DNA of 25,254 bases from an uncultured Deinococcaceae bacterium (lineage in GTDB: Bacteria > Deinococcota > Deinococci > Deinococcales > Deinococcaceae): NCBI GenBank assembly GCA_964252075.1, contig CAXULY010000063.1, positions 1-25,254 on the forward strand. The letters are read 5' to 3'. Shown here piece after piece: positions 7,895 through 14,279 of the stretch (positions are counted from its first letter, which is position 1; every line of letters begins with the position of its first letter). Both the position numbers and the translations under genes were made by a program. The notes under the pieces are model-generated. The model had not been told where the DNA came from. It saw only the letters and a list, made by a program, of their open reading frames with translations, and searched no databases.

Positions 7895-8107
7895 ATGCCC
7901 GCACCCAAACGCCCCAACCTCGGCCCGGCCCACGACGCGTGGCGCCTCAAGGGCGGCCGCCGCTCCACCAAGGTCATGCGCTTCACGCTGCCCGGCGAGC
8001 TGGCCGACCTGCTCGAAGGCATGCCCAAGGAGGACCGCGACGAGATCGTCGAGCGCGCCCTGAAAGCCTACAAGCGCAGGCAGAAAACGGAGGGCGACAC
8101 CGATTAG
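7895..8107 (+). CDS. ribbon-helix-helix (CopG/Arc-like) putative repressor (70 aa)
   Basis: AGGAG RBS. KVMRFTL strand followed by two helices (GELADLL; RDEIVERAL). Confidence 0.65.
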   Translation: MPAPKRPNLGPAHDAWRLKGGRRSTKVMRFTLPGELADLLEGMPKEDRDEIVERALKAYKRRQKTEGDTD

Positions 8108-8122
8108 GACAGCGTCAAACGC

Positions 8123-8223
8123 TTGACACGATGTTACAAACAGTGTAGTATAAAAGCACGAAGGACGCGCCATCCGCCAAGATCCGCGCGCCCCTCGAAT
8201 CCACCCCCAGCAAGAGGTAGACG
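8123..8223 (+). promoter_or_regulatory. sigma70 promoter P3 with operator and conserved leader
   Basis: TTGACA(8123)-17 nt-TAGTAT(8146). Operator at 8132-8147. Leader is an inverted near-copy of 7402-7460. Confidence 0.88.
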
Positions 8224-8694
8224 ATGAAGGATACCACCAAGAAGCTCGTGACCGGCCTGATCTTCGCCCGCGGCGAGGGCGCCCAGTTCGTCAGCGCCAC
8301 CCTGCAGAAAGACGAGACCATCGTGCTCGTCCAGAACGGCCACACCACCGTCCTGGGCTTCCTGGCGCTCGCGGACATGCTGCCGCGCTGGGCCGCTGAG
8401 TGCTGGGCCATCGCCGCCGGGGAGCGCGAGGACGCCACCTTCGCCCTCGGGCCGGTCGGGCTGGTCATGGCGCGCCGCCACGCGCAGCGCCACGGCCTCG
8501 GCATCGGCACCGACGCCGCCCACGCCCTGCACGTGGAGCTCGGCGACGCCAGGGTCGGCGATCAGAAGGCCTTCGCCGCCAAGGTGCTCGGGCGGCGCGT
8601 GCTGAGCTTCACCTGCCTGTCGCACCTCGACGCGCAGCGCCTGCGCGACTACGCGGCGTTCCGCGACGTGGTCGAGGGCGAGGTGGCCGCGTGA
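8224..8694 (+). CDS. hypothetical protein (156 aa)
   Basis: AAGAGGT RBS. First gene of the rightward operon. Confidence 0.8.
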   Translation: MKDTTKKLVTGLIFARGEGAQFVSATLQKDETIVLVQNGHTTVLGFLALADMLPRWAAECWAIAAGEREDATFALGPVGLVMARRHAQRHGLGIGTDAAHALHVELGDARVGDQKAFAAKVLGRRVLSFTCLSHLDAQRLRDYAAFRDVVEGEVAA

Positions 8695-8909
8695 GCGGCG
8701 CCCCCTGGCCCTGCGACGCGATGAGCGTCCACTGCTCCCAGGACGACGATGGGCGCTTCGAGGCGGAGGTGGTGGACCGCGCGGGGCGCCAGTGGGCGCT
8801 CGCCATCCACTGGGACCGCGCCGAAGCCGCGCGCCTCGCGTGGGCGGAGGCTGCCGAGCGGCTGCTGGAGATGGCGCTCAAGGCCGAGCGGGCTGGGGTG
8901 GCGGCGTGA
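8691..8909 (+). CDS. hypothetical protein (72 aa)
   Basis: GTGA overlap with the upstream stop. Confidence 0.65.
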   Translation: MSGAPWPCDAMSVHCSQDDDGRFEAEVVDRAGRQWALAIHWDRAEAARLAWAEAAERLLEMALKAERAGVAA

Positions 8910-9118
8910 CCGCTCCGGCCCTGACCCTCGGGTCGCGCGCGCACCTGGAGGCGGCGAGCGTGGCGCTGCACCGGGCGCGCGGCGCCGCTGACCGCGCCCG
9001 CCAGCGCGGCGACCGGGCGGGCGAGCTGCAGGCCTGTGACGTGCTGCGCGCCGCCCGCTCGGCGTATGCGGCGAGCTACAACGCGTGGCATGACGCCACG
9101 GACGGGAAGGGGGCCTGA
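8906..9118 (+). CDS. hypothetical helical protein (70 aa)
   Basis: GTGA overlap with the upstream stop. Confidence 0.65.
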   Translation: MTAPALTLGSRAHLEAASVALHRARGAADRARQRGDRAGELQACDVLRAARSAYAASYNAWHDATDGKGA

Positions 9119-9119
9119 C

Positions 9120-9488
9120 ATGGCGCACGTGAATTTCTACGAGGTGGGGGACCGGGTGGAGCGCCTGTGCCACGCCTGCGCGTATGCGCGGCGCGGCGAG
9201 CTGGACCGCCTGGGCGACGGCGGGCCGGGCCTGACCTGCGAGGACTGCCTGCACACGAACGCGGAGGTGGAGCCGCCCGTGCGGCTGGCCGCTGTGCACG
9301 CCGCCACGCCAGAGCGCGAGGTGTCCGGGCTCGGCATGCTGGCGGCGTGGCACAGCGTGCGCCTCGCACGGCCCCTGGTGGCGTTCCCGGACGCGCCGGT
9401 GAGTGCGCAGGGGCCGACGCGGGCGCACGCGGAGGCGCGGCTGCTGAGCGGGCTGGCGCCTTACGGGGTGGCGGAGCTGCTGATCTAG
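9120..9488 (+). CDS. hypothetical protein with a CxxC...CxxC Zn-binding motif (122 aa)
   Basis: ATG 1 nt after the upstream stop. CHAC and CEDC motifs. Confidence 0.7.
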   Translation: MAHVNFYEVGDRVERLCHACAYARRGELDRLGDGGPGLTCEDCLHTNAEVEPPVRLAAVHAATPEREVSGLGMLAAWHSVRLARPLVAFPDAPVSAQGPTRAHAEARLLSGLAPYGVAELLI

Positions 9489-9503
9489 AAAATCGGAGGG
9501 CCT

Positions 9504-9540
9504 GAACGTGCCAGATCAGCGCGATCTGGCACGTTCTTTT
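9504..9540 (+). terminator. intrinsic terminator
   Basis: 14-bp stem GAACGTGCCAGATC/GATCTGGCACGTTC followed by TTTT. Confidence 0.85.
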
Positions 9541-9576
9541 CTATGTCCTGGCGGGCATTCTGGTGTCCTCTGCCGC

Positions 9577-9610
9577 TTGACAGTTTATCAATATTGATAT
9601 ACTATGAGGC
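9577..9610 (+). promoter_or_regulatory. leaderless sigma70 promoter with a palindromic operator
   Basis: TTGACA-17 nt-TACTAT-5 nt-ATG. Perfect palindrome TATCAATATTGATA at 9586-9599 in the spacer. Confidence 0.88.
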
Positions 9611-9871
9611 ATGCCCGAGATCAGCAGCTTCTACGGAATCCGCATCACCCTCTACTTCAAGGACCACCTCCCCCCGCACTTCCACGCCACCTACGGCGAC
9701 GAGCAGGCCGCCATCGACATCCGCAGCGGCGCCCTCATCGAAGGCGACCTGCCCCGCCGCGCCCTGCGGCTGGTCCAGGAGTGGACGGAGATGCACCAGG
9801 AAGAGCTGCTGGCCCTCTGGGACCTCGCGCAGGAGCCCGCCCCCCTCGGCAAGATCGCCCCCCTCCCCTGA
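9611..9871 (+). CDS. DUF4160-family protein, putative toxin
   Basis: MPEISSFYGIRITLYFKDHLPPHFHATYG signature. Confidence 0.88.
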   Translation: MPEISSFYGIRITLYFKDHLPPHFHATYGDEQAAIDIRSGALIEGDLPRRALRLVQEWTEMHQEELLALWDLAQEPAPLGKIAPLP

Positions 9872-9946
9872 AGCCCCGGGGGCGTCCCACCGCCCCCTTT
9901 TCCCACCGGCGTGCGGGCATCACGCCGGACCCCCAGGAGGCCACCC

Positions 9947-10744
9947 ATGTACCGCATTGACAGCATTCAGCCTGGCGAGGGCTACACCCTCCACCTCACC
10001 TACACCGACGGCGCGACCGTGCACGCCGACCTCAGCGGCCTCATGGCGCGCCCCGGCGTCTTCGCGCCCCTCACGGACCGCGCGTTCTTCGAGCAGGTCC
10101 ACACCGACCGCCGCGGCCGCGTCATCACCTGGCCCGGCGAGCTGGACCTCGACCCGGACGTGTTCCGCATGGATGACGACGATCCCAACAAGCCCGACGG
10201 GTTCCGCACCTTGTCCCGCACGGCGGGCCGCGAGCCGGACCCGGTGAGCCAGGAGGTCGCGCGCGCCGTGCGGGACAGCGGCCTCAAGCAGGGCGAGGTG
10301 GCCGAGCGCGCCGGGATGCAGCAGCCGAACGTCGCGCGCCTGATGGACCCCGACTACCACGGGCACAGCGTGTCCGCCCTGCGCCGCGTCGCGGAGGCCA
10401 TGAACCTGCAGCTGGCGGTCGGCTTTGTTGCCACGGACGGCCTGCATCCGCTGGTGCACGAGTTTAGGGAGAACATCCGGCGGCAGGTTCAGGCGCGCCG
10501 CCGCGAGTTGAACCTGCACATGTCGCTCGTGGAGGACACCGGCCTGCAGGTGCTCGTTTCCGTCCAGGGGCGCAAGCCGCTGCGCCTGGTGCACGAGTAC
10601 GACATCCACCCGAGCGCGGTGCCCGGCAGCCCCATGGTGCGGCTCGACGGCACGGACGAGGACGGGCAGCCCTACTCCATCACCGCGCCCGCCGACCAGC
10701 TCGTCACGGAGTTTCGCCTCGACCCCAGCTTCAAGGCCAGCTGA
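9947..10744 (+). CDS. DUF2442 + XRE-type HTH + extra C-terminal domain; putative antitoxin (265 aa)
   Basis: AGGAGG RBS. DUF2442-like L.LTYTDG...VFAPLTD...F...ITWP..LDLDP. HTH GLKQGEVAERAGMQQPNVARL. Confidence 0.82.
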   Translation: MYRIDSIQPGEGYTLHLTYTDGATVHADLSGLMARPGVFAPLTDRAFFEQVHTDRRGRVITWPGELDLDPDVFRMDDDDPNKPDGFRTLSRTAGREPDPVSQEVARAVRDSGLKQGEVAERAGMQQPNVARLMDPDYHGHSVSALRRVAEAMNLQLAVGFVATDGLHPLVHEFRENIRRQVQARRRELNLHMSLVEDTGLQVLVSVQGRKPLRLVHEYDIHPSAVPGSPMVRLDGTDEDGQPYSITAPADQLVTEFRLDPSFKAS

Positions 10745-10799
10745 CCGCCCCGTCCACCGCGGCCCCGCACCACCTGGTGCGGGGCCGTATCGTGGGGGC

Positions 10800-11069
10800 G
10801 TGCGCCTCTTTGAGCTGACGCCCGAGGACCTGGCCGAACTGGTCAGCGAGATCTACATGGCCGACATGGGGGACTTCAGCGGCCGCGCCAGTCAGGACCT
10901 GCAGGTACAGGTCACCACGTACCTGCGCGGCAAGCCCGAGCTGGCGCAACAGGTGCTCGACGCGTGGCTGTGGACCTTCGAGGTCAGCGACGAGTTCACC
11001 GACGAAGACAAGGAAGATGCCTTGCGTTGGTACGACACGACCCTGCTCGCCGGGCAACGCCTCAACTGA
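10800..11069 (+). CDS. small acidic hypothetical protein (89 aa)
   Basis: Leaderless: TATCGT-6 nt-GTG. Confidence 0.75.
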   Translation: MRLFELTPEDLAELVSEIYMADMGDFSGRASQDLQVQVTTYLRGKPELAQQVLDAWLWTFEVSDEFTDEDKEDALRWYDTTLLAGQRLN

Positions 11070-11104
11070 CGGCGTCCCCCTTCACCAGCACCCTCGAAGC
11101 ACCG

Positions 11105-11329
11105 TCACGCCTGCACGAGCTCATCCATCCCCGCGGGCTGCGCGAGCAGCACCGGACCGTGCCCGTCGCCGAATGACAGGATCCCCATCACCTCGAACAC
11201 CTGCCCCTGGTACGTCTGCCGGCTGTGCAGCGGCGGCAGGGCGGCCCCTTGGGGCAACTCAATGGTCCAGAAGTGCGCGACCTGCGCGGGGTCCAGCTGC
11301 TGAATCTGCACGGCGGGGTCGTCAGCCAT
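11105..11329 (-). CDS. hypothetical protein (74 aa)
   Basis: TACGGT-7 nt-ATG (MADDPAVQIQ...). Globular composition. Confidence 0.6.
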   Translation of the reverse strand: MADDPAVQIQQLDPAQVAHFWTIELPQGAALPPLHSRQTYQGQVFEVMGILSFGDGHGPVLLAQPAGMDELVQA

Positions 11330-11415
11330 GCCCTTCACCGTAGAGGCGCGTCCGGACGCGTGGGCCAGGTTCACCTCAAGCGCGCTGAAGCGCCAGCTCA
11401 TCCGTGAATCAGGCG

Positions 11416-11898
11416 TCAGCGCTGCAGAGGGTGGGCGCCCCCCGGGCCCAGGGGGCGGTGCGGCAGGACGGTGAAGCGCCAGAAGTTCAGCAGCGCGCTG
11501 AGCTGGTCGCGCATGAGGGCCAGTCGGCTGTGCTTCACGAGGTAGCCGTTGGCGAACGCCTGGTACGCGCGCAGCACGGTGTCGGGGTCCGTGGTGGCCG
11601 ACAGGATGATGACGGGAATGGCGCGCCACTGCGGGTGGGCCTTGAGGCGCGCCAGCACCTCGAAGCCGTCCATGCCGTCCATCTGCAGGTCCAGCAGGAT
11701 CAGGTCGGGCAGCGCGCGGCACTGGGCGAGGTGCGTGAGGGCCGCGTCGCCACTGGTGACGGAGGTGACGGTGTAGGGGTGCGGCTGCTCATGCAGGAGA
11801 AGCGCGGCAAAGAACACATCGGTGGGGTCGTCATCGACCAGGAGGAGCTCCAGTGGGGGGGCGTGCGCGGCGTGTGGAAACGCGTGAACCGGCGCCAT
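11416..11898 (-). CDS. single-domain response regulator (Rcp1-like receiver)
   Basis: Motifs LLVDDD, PDLILLDLQM, WRAIPVIILS and YLVK. Leaderless TAATGT-6 nt-ATG. Confidence 0.92.
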   Translation of the reverse strand: MAPVHAFPHAAHAPPLELLLVDDDPTDVFFAALLLHEQPHPYTVTSVTSGDAALTHLAQCRALPDLILLDLQMDGMDGFEVLARLKAHPQWRAIPVIILSATTDPDTVLRAYQAFANGYLVKHSRLALMRDQLSALLNFWRFTVLPHRPLGPGGAHPLQR

Positions 11899-12068
11899 AT
11901 CCCAACATTAAGACAGAGGGATGGTGCGTGAGTGAAGGGGTGGGCGCGTCCAGAGGACCGCGCTTCACCTTGAGAACGTGACGGGACCCTGCTCGCCGGG
12001 TCGCGCCTCAACTGAACCGCGACCCGGCCCACTAGATTCACAGCCAATTCTCCCGCCAGCATTTCGCC

Positions 12069-12254
12069 ATGAGCGAAGCGCCGCAGGTGGGGGAGATCGT
12101 GACCCTGCCGGTGGGCCATGACGGTCCGCACCTCTGGGTGGTCCTTCAGCGCGAGGAACGCGCCGACCGCGTGGTCCTCAGGGTTGAGCACCTGTACGAC
12201 GCGAGCGTGCGCCACCGGGTGCACCTGCTGCACGGCGAGGAGCAGGTGGCCTAA
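12069..12254 (+). CDS. paralog of 4150-4335 (61 aa)
   Basis: Co-linear protein match. The -10 position reads CAGCAT, so the promoter may be decayed. Confidence 0.7.
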   Translation: MSEAPQVGEIVTLPVGHDGPHLWVVLQREERADRVVLRVEHLYDASVRHRVHLLHGEEQVA

Positions 12255-12255
12255 G

Positions 12256-12891
12256 GTGTGCGGCCGCGCCGAGCAGATCCCGGGCAGCACTTGGAAGGTG
12301 CTGGGCCGGCACTTCGGGCGGGATCTCCTGCAGGTGTTCGGCAGGGGAGGGGAGACCGCTGAGGTGCGCCCCACCGACCCGCTCGGCTTCATCCGCGCGA
12401 ACCGCGACCGGGCGGAAGCGGCGCGCGGTCGCTGGGGCCTCGTGGGGCCCGGCATGGACCTGCAGCAGGCGAAGAAGTACGCGACCTTCAACGCGCGTGC
12501 GGAGACCGTCCAGACCAGCCGCACGTTCGCGGACGCCTTCCGGCACCGCCGCTGCTTGGTGCCGCTGAGCGCGTTCTGGGAATGGCCGGAGGTGGACGGC
12601 AAGAAGACCCGCACGCGTATCACGCGGAAGGACGGCTTGCCGCTCGTGGTGGCCGGGCTGTGGTCGTCTTGGCGGGACGCGGACGGCGAACACGACTCGG
12701 TGACCGTGGTGACCGTTGAGGCGGGCGAGGACCTAGCGCACGTGCACGACCGATAGCCGCTGCTGCTGCTCAGCAAGGACTGGCAGCTGTGGCTGGGTTT
12801 GGAGCAGGGACCGCTCCCCACGTCTGCGAAGGCGCTGCTGTAGCGCCCGTACCCGCCCGGCATCCTGCAGACCACGCCCGAGGCCTCGTGA
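12256..12891 (+). pseudogene. SRAP pseudogene
   Basis: Same 636-nt span as 4337-4972. In-frame TAG at 12754 (CAG in copy 1) and at 12841 (TGG in copy 1). Confidence 0.9.
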
Positions 12892-12981
12892 CGTGGGCCA
12901 GTGCAAGACCGAAGCGGCGCGGCGCCGAGAGTTTGAGCGGGACCTGCGCGAGATGGAAGCGGGCGCCCGGCGTCACGAGTA

Positions 12982-13807
12982 GAGCCACCACTGGCAACAA
13001 CGCTGAACGTCACGTTAGTGTGGCTGTGCATAGACAGAGTCGGGGCCGTCCAAGCTGCTCCGATCACCACGCCACATACACCGCGACGAGGGTGTATACC
13101 CGCTGATGCTCAGGAGCACCCGTGACGTCACCCCCCCTTCTGCTGTTGCGCCGTGGCCTGTGGCTTGAATCCCTCACCCTGGGCTGGAACGTGGTCGGCA
13201 CCTTGGTGGTGCTCACCTCCGCCTGGCAGGCCCGCTCGGTGGCACTCGCGGGCTTCGGGCTGGACAGCCTCATCGAAATCTTCGCTTCCCTCGTGGTGAT
13301 CTGGCAACTCAAAGGCGCGGACCAGCAGCGCGAACGCCACGCCCTGCGCCTGATCGGCTGGGCCTTCCTCGGGCTGGCCCTCTACATCGTCTCGCAGAGC
13401 GCATACGCCCTGCTGGCGCGCGTACCGCCGGGCGTTTCGCGGGGTGGCCTGTGGTGGCTGCTGGCGACATTGATCGCCATGCTGCTCCTCGCCGCCGGCA
13501 AACGGGTCACGGGACGGCAACTCGGGAACCCGGTCCTGATGACGGAGGCGCGCGTCACGCTGATTGACGCACTGCTGGCCGGGGCGACCCTTCTGGGCGT
13601 GGCCCTCAACGCCCGCTTCGGCTGGTGGTGGACGGACCTGCTCGCCGCGCTGGTCATCGTGTACTACGCCGTGCGTGAGGGTCGGCACGCACTGGCCGAG
13701 TCCGCCAGCCTGGCGGGATGAGGGCACGGCACCACCTGGACGGCCCCGACCCTGATGGTCCATCGCCCCGCGACCGTGACGTTCAGCGCGCTTGCTTGTG
13801 GACCCCC
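12982..13807. mobile_element. non-autonomous Tn3-like mini-element / mobile cassette (826 bp)
   Basis: Imperfect terminal inverted repeats (24/33 identical; core CGCTGAACGTCACG; right end reads GGGGG inward). Degenerate 5-bp target duplication GAGTA/GAGGG. No transposase. Confidence 0.75.
13122..13721 (+). CDS. cation efflux (CDF-family, TM-domain-only) transporter
   Basis: About 6 TM segments. SVALAGFGLDSLIE and FGWWWTD motifs. AGGAG RBS. Confidence 0.85.
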   Translation: MTSPPLLLLRRGLWLESLTLGWNVVGTLVVLTSAWQARSVALAGFGLDSLIEIFASLVVIWQLKGADQQRERHALRLIGWAFLGLALYIVSQSAYALLARVPPGVSRGGLWWLLATLIAMLLLAAGKRVTGRQLGNPVLMTEARVTLIDALLAGATLLGVALNARFGWWWTDLLAALVIVYYAVREGRHALAESASLAG

Positions 13808-14279
13808 GAGGGCCAGGAGTTGCTGCTGCGGTCCCTGGCGACCGGCGCGGACCACGCGCACCTGGTGTGGCGCGCCCTGCGGCCCGAGCTGATCGCCGCG
13901 CTCAATACGCCGGACGTGCACTTTCTGCCGAGCAGCCAGCCCGAACCCTACACGCCGCTTCCAACACCCGAGCACCCGCCGCGCCCTCGACCGCCGCTCG
14001 GGCAGGAGCTGCACGACCTCGATGAGGCGTTGCGCATGGCCGAAGGGCTGAACACGCCGCTGAACCGACGGCAGCTGGAAGTGCTGGAGGACATGGCGAA
14101 GCGCGTACAGCGGCTGCACCTGCGGCGGCTGAGCAGCAAGCACGGCACCCTTGACGAAAAAGAGGGGCTGCCTCCTAGGGGACCCGACTTCATGCGGTCG
14201 AACGCCCCTCCAGGCGCGTCAGGCTCACCCGAGTGGCGGTAAAGGTGGCGTCGAGGGGGCGTCAGGGTATTCTGCCTGC

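Larger units (their letters stand above)
12893..14242 (+). pseudogene. paralog of 4974-5417 split by an insertion
   Basis: N-terminal part 12893-12981 (...RREFERDL...ARRHE). Homology resumes at 13813 (QELLLRSLATGADHAHLVW...). Confidence 0.85.

Noticed and set aside
12754..12843. Amber read-through or recoding in the second SRAP copy (both stops are TAG)
   Set aside because: Both are single transitions from CAG and TGG. The neighbouring gene is also disrupted and the -10 looks decayed, so pseudogenisation is the simpler explanation.
13020..13121. Metal or fluoride riboswitch upstream of the cation transporter
   Set aside because: Some hairpin potential, but I could not match the conserved cores of the NiCo, yybP-ykoY or crcB riboswitches.
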